A stretch of 64,000 bases of DNA, taken from contig CAXXMV010000008.1 in the NCBI GenBank assembly GCA_963662285.2, forward strand, positions 1,578,992 to 1,642,991, written 5' to 3'. The notes beneath the pieces are model-generated. The model made no database searches. It was not told the origin of the DNA and saw only the letters and a program-made list of their open reading frames with translations. Each line of letters begins with the position of its first letter. Within the stretch, counting starts at the first letter, position 1. Shown one piece after another: positions 55,335-64,000 of the stretch. Origin of the DNA: a bacterium. Its GTDB lineage: Bacteria > Hinthialibacterota > Hinthialibacteria > Hinthialibacterales > Hinthialibacteraceae. A program made the translations under genes and the position numbers.

Positions 55335-55994
55335 ATGCGTGATTTATTGTTCCATGCCTGCGCGGCAGCTTTAGTATTAGTTTTTATATTGATTCTAAGT
55401 TTTGAATCTTCCGCCGATTTAGTCGTCTTCAACAATGGCGACCATCGTTATGGCAAAGCCACTGAACTAAAAGATGGTTCAGTCATGCTGAATGTCAATG
55501 GCACCATTAAAATTTTCAAGAAAGCTCAGGTTAAAGATGTATTTATGGGCATTGATCCTCCCAAGGCTGGTGAGATACGCTCTGTTTCTGATTTTACTTC
55601 CAAAGGTGGACCTGAAATTATTGGCGTTACCGGTGCAATCACTCATCAAAACCGGATTAAGACTCTCGGTGGTAAGATGGTGACCATGGATGTTGAAGAC
55701 GGTTTTGATGTAAATGTTATGCAGATGTTTCCTACAACTTACAGTTTCTTCAATCGCCGTGGATGTTTTGTGGCTGGAGTACTGATTAATCCCACTACTC
55801 GTAGTTGGCGCGCTTTACAATTACGCGCTCATTTATTCGATGCGAAGGATAAAATACTCACATCAAAAGACTTCTATATCTTTCGCATCCCGGCAGCGAC
55901 GGCAAAAGGTCCTGGACAGCGTAAGTTTGAGATGAATTTCACCGATGTCGCCTATGAAAGAATTGAGCGCATGAGGCTGGTTCGTAAATTCTGA
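55335..55994 (+). CDS. Hypothetical secreted protein
   Basis: Signal peptide (SSA-DLVVFNNG), C-terminal FxLYD-like segment (AHLFDAKDKIL). Confidence 0.65.
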   Translation: MRDLLFHACAAALVLVFILILSFESSADLVVFNNGDHRYGKATELKDGSVMLNVNGTIKIFKKAQVKDVFMGIDPPKAGEIRSVSDFTSKGGPEIIGVTGAITHQNRIKTLGGKMVTMDVEDGFDVNVMQMFPTTYSFFNRRGCFVAGVLINPTTRSWRALQLRAHLFDAKDKILTSKDFYIFRIPAATAKGPGQRKFEMNFTDVAYERIERMRLVRKF

Positions 55995-56059
55995 ATATGT
56001 TAAATTGATTTATCAACCGGAAAAAAGTCCAGAAACAGCAATCATCAAGGAGTAGTACA

Positions 56060-57085
56060 ATGCGAAATTATTGTAGATTTTATGTTAAGCAACTAATTCT
56101 TTTATCAGGGTTTATAGTTCTTATGATTTCACCCGTAACGGCACAGGAGATTTATGAATATTTTCCCGAAGACGCCAGTTATTTGGATTTCGCTATAGTT
56201 GATATTAATGACGCCATTGTACAATTAAAACCGGGACTTTATGAAATGGATAATCAACTCCGGTTTAATAAAGATTCCAATATTATCTTCGAAGGTTCGG
56301 GCAGCGGCCTGGGAGAAGACGCCACCATTCTTGATTTCACAATCTATTCAGACTTTGAAGAAGATTCACGCGCTCTGGGCATTAGAGGTGGAGTTATTAT
56401 CCGCAACCTGACCATAATGAATGTCAGAGGCCGGGCCGCCGATTTGAGGACTGGAACAATAGAAGTTCCTTCTGATGATGAAGTGATTTTTGAAAACGTA
56501 TGGTTCGTTGATTGCAACACCGGCCTTAAAACAACTGGCGGACGCACTATTGGAACCGCCGAAAAACCAATGCTGGTAAAAAACTGCGTCTTTCTCACAA
56601 CGCCCGAATTTCCCTATGAACCAAGCGACTCTCCTCTGGATTTCAAGGATACAACATTCGCGCTAATCGATCATTGCGACTTTTATAACTATAATGATAT
56701 GCTGCAAATGAATATCAATGATCCGGTAGCGGCGCCCAACGATGGACCGGGCGTAACTATCAAAAACTCAATCCTGCTTTCCAACAATGGCCCAGATGAT
56801 GACGATATAGATGTCTCGGCGGGCAAGTTGATCCTGCAAAACTCAGTTCTATGGGACGCCGTTTCGAAGAATAAGATAGATCGGTTGGGTGATGGAGTAA
56901 TCGAAGAGAGTAATAATATCATCTCTGATCCACTATATACAAATGTCGGACCAGCCATAGCTGCCAATGAACTGGATTTCAGCCTGATGCCTCTATCGCC
57001 AGCCAAAGGGATCAGCGATGACGGACGTGACGCCGGATCAATCGCCGAAGAATTCGTTCAGATACACTTATGGCAATTATATTGA
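56060..57085 (+). CDS. Secreted parallel beta-helix (pectin-lyase-like) protein
   Basis: Signal peptide, LKPGLY, IRNLTI, FENVWF, VKNCVF, IDHCDF, DPLY...DFSL..SPA..G.DAG; tail IHLWQLY. Confidence 0.75.
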   Translation: MRNYCRFYVKQLILLSGFIVLMISPVTAQEIYEYFPEDASYLDFAIVDINDAIVQLKPGLYEMDNQLRFNKDSNIIFEGSGSGLGEDATILDFTIYSDFEEDSRALGIRGGVIIRNLTIMNVRGRAADLRTGTIEVPSDDEVIFENVWFVDCNTGLKTTGGRTIGTAEKPMLVKNCVFLTTPEFPYEPSDSPLDFKDTTFALIDHCDFYNYNDMLQMNINDPVAAPNDGPGVTIKNSILLSNNGPDDDDIDVSAGKLILQNSVLWDAVSKNKIDRLGDGVIEESNNIISDPLYTNVGPAIAANELDFSLMPLSPAKGISDDGRDAGSIAEEFVQIHLWQLY

Positions 57086-57106
57086 TTTATTAAACGACAT
57101 AATGTC

Positions 57107-58198
57107 CTATCGTCGCAGACGGTCAATGATCGCCATACGGGGTTTCGTCTTCTTCCTTTGCGCAGAAACAACTGGTTGCTCTTCTTGAGGTTCTTCTTGA
57201 GGCTCTTCAACTGGTTGCGGCGCAGGAGGCGCTGACTTAGGTTTAACAGCCTGGCGTGATTCTTCAGCAGCGACTAAAGATGATTGACCCTCCTCAGTTG
57301 GACCGAGTTCATCTTCCCTCGATGCTACAATCGCCGTCATTTTTTCGCGCTCAACTGTAGTCAGGTCAGATTGCCCGCGGTATCCGATAGGGGGATTTCC
57401 GATAAGCGCAAAAGCCATCTCCCAATGGCTGATGCGGCGCAGGTTAGTGCACTCACCATTATGCAAAGATTCTTTGATCTGGTTATAAGCGCCATTCAAA
57501 CGCCGCCGGAATTTGGGGAACTCTTTCTCAACGCGCTTTTCAAGAATGGCCTGGACATGCTGTAATTCCTGTTGGCTATAACCAAGATCATTTATACTTA
57601 TTTTATTATGAGCCAGCATATCCTGAGTGATGCGGATACGTTCGAGTAAAATAATGTCTTTGGATGTAGTGAATTCAAGATTGATGCCCTGCTCGGATAT
57701 ATCATCCAACAGAATTCGAACATTGCGTTCTCCATGTTCAAACTCACGTTGCAGCATCAAATGATTGTTGCCCAGCGGATCTTTAAGGTGATTTAAAAGA
57801 ACCTGATCATGCGCCGCCGCCAGGATCAGTTGCCGCATATTGCTGATATGACTGGCGAATATTTCAGCCGAAGTCAGTTTCCAAATCGGTGACGGACCAT
57901 CCTGCTCCGCCTTTTTTTCAGATTCAATTTTATCAAGAAATACCTTCAGACCATCACGGGACTGCCAAAATGCGCTATGTCCGGATAAGACGCAGGTAAT
58001 GTCCAACTCTGGATTAGCTGAACGAAGAGCTTTCTCGATCTGATCAAATTTTACTTTAATCTCCTGGAATATATTCATATCCACATCCCAGGGATGTTGA
58101 GTTCCGGTAAGTTCCTTGAAAGAAACATCGCAGATTGAATGATTCGATAGATGATCTACCAGGTCGTCGGAGATCAATACAGCTGGCTTCTCGGCCAT
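57107..58198 (-). CDS. Hypothetical protein
   Basis: 363-aa ORF, helical with Pro/Glu-rich tail; no recognised family. Confidence 0.7.
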   Translation of the reverse strand: MAEKPAVLISDDLVDHLSNHSICDVSFKELTGTQHPWDVDMNIFQEIKVKFDQIEKALRSANPELDITCVLSGHSAFWQSRDGLKVFLDKIESEKKAEQDGPSPIWKLTSAEIFASHISNMRQLILAAAHDQVLLNHLKDPLGNNHLMLQREFEHGERNVRILLDDISEQGINLEFTTSKDIILLERIRITQDMLAHNKISINDLGYSQQELQHVQAILEKRVEKEFPKFRRRLNGAYNQIKESLHNGECTNLRRISHWEMAFALIGNPPIGYRGQSDLTTVEREKMTAIVASREDELGPTEEGQSSLVAAEESRQAVKPKSAPPAPQPVEEPQEEPQEEQPVVSAQRKKTKPRMAIIDRLRR

Positions 58199-58420
58199 AA
58201 AGCACCTGAATTATTAAGATATCGCCAGAAAAATCTAAAATAATAAAAATGAAGGAATCTATCCCCCGGAAAGTACAGATTAACAAAATAATTTAAACTC
58301 AATACGCAAATTATTTCAAGCGATTTGCTTATAATATATGCAACAAATATTGTAATTGATATATTACGTTACAATACCAATTAAAACAATAAGTTAGATT
58401 CTCATATTGTAATACAACAA

Positions 58421-60218
58421 TCAATCGTTTCGTTCGAGTTCATATAACCGCTTGCTGTATAGGTTCAATATATCACGCCTTTTGATTGTTCCTAAAAATT
58501 TATTTGATTCAGGATCAAGAATTGGAATCTCGTCGGTCACCAGTTCAGTCAATTTTCGCAACACGCTATGCAAATCTTCATCCGGTACGGCGTATTCAAA
58601 ATCTGGATTAGCTATATCCATAGCGATGATAAGGTCGCGCATATCTTCTTCTAGCAACAAAGTGCGCAGCTCATCAAGAGAGAAAACGCCGACAATTTCG
58701 CCCTGCTGATCCGTCACAGGGAAAACATTCTGCGAGGTTTGCAACACGCGGGGCAGGATTTGCCGAAGAGCCATATCATACGATACGGTAATATCACCAG
58801 TCTTGGTTTGAATTTCATTAACCTTCAATCCGGCCAGAACATCGGTTCTATATTCACCCAAGTGCGCTGGAGAATCGGATTTGGCATAGACCTGCTCTTC
58901 ATAAAGCGAACATCTATCGGTCAAGATATAAGTGAGTGAAGAAACCATCATCATGGGAACCAGAAGATCATAGGAATGAGCCATCTCGGTCACCATAAGC
59001 AGACTGGCGATTGGCGTTTTGGCGATGCCCGAGAAGAATGCCACCATTCCCACTAATGCGAAAGAGCGTGGATCGGATATCCAACCGGGGAACTGAGCGT
59101 CGAACATATATCCAAACGAAGCCCCCAGCATACACCCGATAAACAGCGATGGGCCAAAAACGCCGCCGCTGCCTCCTGATGAGATAGTGAATGAGGTAGC
59201 GATGATCTTGGCGAATACCAGGATAAGCATGAATGATATTTCCAGCTTATAGTTCAAAGCCTGATGAATCCAGCCATACCCGCCTCCCAACACTTCAGGA
59301 CGCATCAGCGCCAGGCCGCCCAATAACAGACCGCCGATCATCGGCAGGAAATGAGGTTTTATCGGAATTTTTTTGAAAAAATAATCACGCGCGCCATAAA
59401 ACACGGTTACATAAAGGATGCCAACTATGGCGCATAAGACTCCCATCAAGGCGTAAGGAACCAATTCCCACGCCGCGAATGTAAATTCTGGAGAATGGAA
59501 AACCTGAGTCCTGCCCGGTAAGAGTAGTAAAAACCGAAAAGGAGACCAGTGATGCGATAATGGCCGGGATTAATCCTTCGGTTTCCATTTCCTGGTTACG
59601 GTACAATACTTCAATAGCGAACAGGGCGCCGCCCAGTGGAGCGCAGAAGATCGCGCCGACTCCGCCAGCCGTACCTGCTATGAGCAGCGTCCGGCATTCG
59701 GTTGCATCCAAGCGCAGCACTTGAGCAAGCCACGAACCGAAGCCTGCTCCAATTTGAGCGATGGGACCTTCACGTCCGGCGCAGCCTCCAGAACCGATGG
59801 TAATGGCTGAAGCGATTGTTTTGATAATTGGAACCTGCCAGCGAATGCGTCCCCGGAGGCGATGAAATGACTTGATAAAGGCATCCGTCCCGTGGCCTTC
59901 CGCTTCAGGAGCGTAAGTGAAAACCAGGAATCCGCCGAGAAAGCCGCCGATCATGGGAACAATGGGCAGCAGCCAATAACGCAACCCGGTCGCGGGTTGC
60001 AGAATGACGGCGTCTTTAGCCACCTCTTTAAGCGACCAGCCCAGGCCTTTGACCATGAATAAATCCATGCAGCCGAAGACCAGAAAATTAAATAGAATGG
60101 CGCCCAGGCCGGCTATTACGCCGACCAATCCAGCCAGTATTACCCAACGTCCCGTACGGATCGCATGAAAGTAGAAAACCGGCCTTTGGTGTTTTGCGTG
60201 AGTATGTAACTCGTTCAT
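58421..60218 (-). pseudogene. ClC chloride channel/antiporter with CBS pair, split by a 1-nt frameshift near 59515
   Basis: GHGTD, GREGP in 59385-60218; GGVFGPSL and CBS domains in 58421-59464; removing one G from ACCGGGCAGG joins the frames. Confidence 0.85.
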
Positions 60219-60255
60219 CTAGGATAGCTTCTATCTGGAGAGGAATTCTATTCTA

Positions 60256-60810
60256 TTATAAATGTAACGCACTTGAATATTTCGTCAATCCATAGATATG
60301 CCAATTGTAACATTTGTTTAAATAAAGTTGGGATTTTGGGATAAACTGAAGTTTTGGTTTGTTACTCAGTCTGGACAAAAAATAGAAGGTGATAGCATCA
60401 AGGGTAGAAAAAACACTACCCTTGGCACCCAATTCTTCTTTACTTAATAATACGTAATTATCATCAATATGTTGTGTATTATGGATGGTTGCAATTTGCT
60501 CTATAAATTTATCGACATCAACAGTTCTTTCTCCGTTTTGGCTAACAAGCAAAACCTTGGCACCATAGGCGACAAGCGGAGGCAAACTATCTGCAGATGG
60601 AGATGCGTTGGCAATATTGCCGGCAAGAGAGCCTCTCATTCTCGTTTGTTTGGCACCAATCGTGGAGATAGCCTCAACCAATGCGGGGAAGTGCTTTTGC
60701 ACAATGCTGTTTTCTTTCACTTCGTTTATTTTTTGGTTAGCTCCGATGACAACAGTTTTTCCATTCTCTGCGATTCCCTTTAATTCAGGCAATTGGTCGA
60801 TGTTTACCAA
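60256..60810 (-). pseudogene. FAD-binding (CoxM/XdhB-type) domain fragment, frameshifted and truncated near 60503
   Basis: IGAKQTRMRGSLAGNIANASPSAD; similarity lost after ERTVDVDKFI, rest reads through a family A REP. Confidence 0.75.
60397..60430. repeat. REP-like palindrome family A
   Basis: ATCAAGGGTAGAAAAAACACTACCCTTGGCACCC (compensatory T-A change in stem). Confidence 0.75.
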
Positions 60811-63272
60811 AGTAGTGGGGATTGCTTACAGCGAAGTTCTATTACCACATCCGTTCCACCAGCAATCAACTGGGAATTTTTATTGCTTGTCAGCATTTGG
60901 CAGGCTTCGCTCAAACTCTTCGGGTTCAGCATAGTAACATTAGAGATGATATCTTTCACATCTTTGCTGCCTTTGTGAGCCTCACTGGCTCTTTCCGGTT
61001 TTACTAATTGTTTGCCGAGATAAACTTTTTCCAATGTCAACGGAATCTCGTAGCTGCGTTTTTTGGTGGCGTTATTCAGAGCGTTGGCGATGCAGGCAGC
61101 ACCGAGTTCCAGAGTTGGTTCGCCGATGCTTTTACCGCCGTAAGGACCGATAGCATCGGGATTTTCCACGATGATAGGCGAAATCTCTTTGATGTCTTTG
61201 ATGGTTGGAATGATGTATTCGTCAAAGTTTTTGGATTTCACGACACCGTTTTGAATATTGTAATGCTCCAAAACGCCGTAACCCATACCTTGGGTAACAC
61301 CACCGTAAATTTGACCTTCCAAGCCCAAGTGGTTGATAGCCTTGCCGACATCGTGAGCGGCGGATATTTTATTTACCGTGATTTTCCCCGTGTGCGTGTC
61401 CACAGTGATGTCCGCAACTTGACAGCCGTAAACATAGGTAAAATAAGCGTTGCCTTGTCCGGTCTCTTCTTCCCAAGAAACCTCGGGAGCTTTGAACCAA
61501 CCGTAAGCACTGAGGTTGTATCCGGCAAAATATGCGGTGGTGCAAGCATCTTTGAAGCTGATTTTGTTTTTGCCGATTATTTCGCCATTTCCCCATGTGG
61601 TGTCATCGAGAGAGTCAACTCCGAGTTTGTCTTTATTGGCATCGAAAATTCTTTGTTTAATTTTATTCGCTGCGTTCAAAACAGCGTTTCCGCCCATAAT
61701 AGTGCCACGAGAGGCAACTGTTGGACCTCCATCATTTATGGCTGCAGTCGATGGTTCGAGGAAGTGCATATCTTCGTATTTCATTCCCAGACACTCTGTG
61801 GCGACTTGGGCGAAAGTCGTTCTCAAACCTTGTCCGTTTTCGTTCAGACCAGTCCAGACATAGCCTGAGCCGTCTTGTTGCACGGAAACAATGGCTGATG
61901 TGGCATCCGTTCCTTCGGCACCGAGAGCACAGCCTCTGAACGAACAAGCAAGACCCACGCCTTTTTTGTATCTGTCGTTTTCTGCGTTAAACTTTTTGTA
62001 TTTGGCGATTTTTTCCGAATATTTTATGTCGTCGGTGGCTTTCTTTATCACTTCGCTCAAAGAGACTTTGTGTGAATCCAAGATTTGTCCAGAAGCGGTA
62101 ACTGAGCCTTGAGAGTATCCGTTTTTGGCTCTGATTTCCAGTGGAGAGAGTCCGCAGAGTTCGCCGATTTCATCCATCAGAGATTCTTGAGCGAAAATGA
62201 TTTGCGGAGAGCCAAAACCACGATAAGCAGCGGTGTAGGTGTTGTTTGTGTAAACCGCTCTGATGTCTGTGCTGACATTGTCAATCTCGTATGGACCCGT
62301 GGCTTGCACCACGGAACGCCAAGTTACGAAGAAACTCTGTGCCGAATAAGCACCGGAGTCTGCCAAAATATCGACCTTCATTGATTTAATTTTGCCATCG
62401 TTGTTGAAGCCGACTTTGTATTTCATCAGATACGGATGTCGCTTATAGCTCTCTTTCATCGACTCTTCGCGAGATAGGCTAATCTTGTGTGGCTTGCCGG
62501 TAAGCATAGCGAGCATGCTTACTCTACAAGCTACTGCGTTTACAGTGTCGTCTTTTCCACCGAAAGAGCCACCGAGATTAGAACAGCGAACATCAACTTG
62601 GTTTAGCCTCAAACCCAAAAATTTTGCAACTTCGCGTCTGGTTGTGTGTGGGTTTTGCACCGAGCCGTAAACTTTCACGCCCTTGCATGTCGGGTCGGGC
62701 ACAGCCACCAAACTCTCTGTCTCTATGTAGCCGTGTTCGTGAAATCCTGTTTTGTATTCTCTTTCTATCACTTGGTCGCATTCAGCGAAGCCCTTTTCCA
62801 CATCTCCTTTGCGGAGCGGATAATGCACCACGACATTTGTTTCATATTCTGGTCTTACCAGTGTTTCATCTTTTGCTGATTCTGTGATGTCAAATACGCC
62901 TTTTCCAGCTTCATACTCTACCTCTATCATATTGGCAGCGAGGTTGGCAATATTTTTGCTGATAGCACTGACGATGGCTACCACATCTCCAGAGTAATAA
63001 ACTTTGTCCTTACAAATTACGAATTGATCTTGACGAATGGGACCTATTTTGTCCTGCCCAATGACATCTTTATGCAGAGCGATTTTAACTACTCCCTCCA
63101 GTTTTTCAGCTTTGCTGATGTCGATTTTTTTAATCTTTCCACAAGGTATGTCAGTGTACTTTTGAGCCATATAGAGCATATTCTTAAGTTGTATATCATC
63201 CCCATAGATGGCTTTGCCGGTTACTTTTTCATACCCGTCTAGTCTTACGACTTTTTTTCCAACTATGTTCAT
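60804..63272 (-). CDS. Xanthine dehydrogenase-family molybdopterin-binding subunit (C-terminally fused to start of FAD domain)
   Basis: KVTGKAIYGDD, GGSFGGK, AYRGFGSPQ, ENGQG, GPTVASR, EGQIYGG, GKSIGE; then IAGGTDV. Confidence 0.9.
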   Translation of the reverse strand: MNIVGKKVVRLDGYEKVTGKAIYGDDIQLKNMLYMAQKYTDIPCGKIKKIDISKAEKLEGVVKIALHKDVIGQDKIGPIRQDQFVICKDKVYYSGDVVAIVSAISKNIANLAANMIEVEYEAGKGVFDITESAKDETLVRPEYETNVVVHYPLRKGDVEKGFAECDQVIEREYKTGFHEHGYIETESLVAVPDPTCKGVKVYGSVQNPHTTRREVAKFLGLRLNQVDVRCSNLGGSFGGKDDTVNAVACRVSMLAMLTGKPHKISLSREESMKESYKRHPYLMKYKVGFNNDGKIKSMKVDILADSGAYSAQSFFVTWRSVVQATGPYEIDNVSTDIRAVYTNNTYTAAYRGFGSPQIIFAQESLMDEIGELCGLSPLEIRAKNGYSQGSVTASGQILDSHKVSLSEVIKKATDDIKYSEKIAKYKKFNAENDRYKKGVGLACSFRGCALGAEGTDATSAIVSVQQDGSGYVWTGLNENGQGLRTTFAQVATECLGMKYEDMHFLEPSTAAINDGGPTVASRGTIMGGNAVLNAANKIKQRIFDANKDKLGVDSLDDTTWGNGEIIGKNKISFKDACTTAYFAGYNLSAYGWFKAPEVSWEEETGQGNAYFTYVYGCQVADITVDTHTGKITVNKISAAHDVGKAINHLGLEGQIYGGVTQGMGYGVLEHYNIQNGVVKSKNFDEYIIPTIKDIKEISPIIVENPDAIGPYGGKSIGEPTLELGAACIANALNNATKKRSYEIPLTLEKVYLGKQLVKPERASEAHKGSKDVKDIISNVTMLNPKSLSEACQMLTSNKNSQLIAGGTDVVIELRCKQSPLLW

Positions 63273-63446
63273 CTTTTCTCCTTGTAAGATAATTTCCCGT
63301 TAAAAAAAAATAAGCGAACAGATTGACAAGAGAAATTTAAGCGAAAATATTTTGACAGATTGGACAACCGTTTAATCTAAATCTTGTTTGTTCCATAGAT
63401 GTTTTGTAGAGTTGATTAACTCGCATTACAATAATTTTGAGGTTAG

Positions 63447-64000
63447 ATGAATAGAAGATTTTTTGTCTGCTTGGTTGCGTTGCTTGTTTGCGGAGCGTTG
63501 CCGGGTAGAGAGATAAAAGATATACCGGTTCCTTTTGGGTCTAAATATGTCCGACTTAACGAGAGGACAGATGCTGCCTTCGGTCTGATAGGTGGAGGAG
63601 GAATTTCCAGCTCGAAATTAGTATATACTGTTACCGAAGAGAAAACAAAATTTTTTTTTACCGCCGGAGCTCTTTTTGAGAAGCCTTTTACCCAATATTC
63701 CGTAGTGCGACTTGAATGTCTTTATGCATATAAAGGATTTTGTGTTGAAAGGGCAGGATATGATGAATATACGGGAGAAAGTACAGAGATTAATAGCGAA
63801 GTCAATTTAAGCTACATAGAAATTCCGTTGCTTTTTTGTGTAGGAACAGACAGGCTGAAAGATATCAGCTATTATCTTTTTGGTGGTCCGCAATACTCGT
63901 ATCTCTTTTCGGCATCCTATATTACTAACAGCACTAGTGGCAATGGTTCGCACGGAAGTTTGATGCAAATAGACAATTACGATTATGGGGTCGTTGCTGG
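63447..64000 (+). CDS. Outer-membrane beta-barrel (PorT/OMP_b-brl_2-like), 3'-truncated by window edge
   Basis: Open frame from ATG 63447 (absent from ORF track): signal peptide, NLSYIEIPLL, GGPQYSYL, DYGVVAG. Confidence 0.75.
   Translation, partial: MNRRFFVCLVALLVCGALPGREIKDIPVPFGSKYVRLNERTDAAFGLIGGGGISSSKLVYTVTEEKTKFFFTAGALFEKPFTQYSVVRLECLYAYKGFCVERAGYDEYTGESTEINSEVNLSYIEIPLLFCVGTDRLKDISYYLFGGPQYSYLFSASYITNSTSGNGSHGSLMQIDNYDYGVVA

Noticed and set aside
60804-60830. Selenocysteine readthrough joining the XDH parts
   Set aside because: The stop is TAA and the downstream part is in another frame.

Overview
Bacterial chromosomal window, mostly housekeeping and carbohydrate genes. The gene content (pilin-type N-methylation orphan, Tat-tagged sugar enzymes, cohesin proteins, short aromatic C-terminal tails) suggests a Hinthialibacter/OLB16-like or other PVC-adjacent diderm; this is inference only. 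It carries an MCP, galE-galT, sigma54-driven amtB-glnK, a glycosidase cluster (GH78, GH99/71-like, GH78 fusion, GH38), dgoD, an ECF sigma/anti-sigma pair, yggS, cohesin/dockerin proteins, tRNA-Val and tRNA-Asp, recJ, split coaB/coaC, mazG and a frameshifted ClC channel. Small AT-rich islets hold PIN, DUF1828 and PLD-like genes and broken toxin-antitoxin/restriction remnants, and at least five families of palindromic intergenic repeats occur. Top leads: (1) a tRNA-Leu-like gene (52276-52391) whose anticodon loop is replaced by a long hairpin masking a UAG anticodon, behind a sigma54-type promoter; (2) a shared C-terminal motif I-x-x-[WY]-x-[LM]-[YF] on three unrelated secreted proteins; (3) a dockerin nested inside a cohesin, next to a Pro/Thr-rich cohesin protein; (4) two inverted MITE-like elements bracketing an orphan gene. 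The last ~3.5 kb may come from a different contig or organism.
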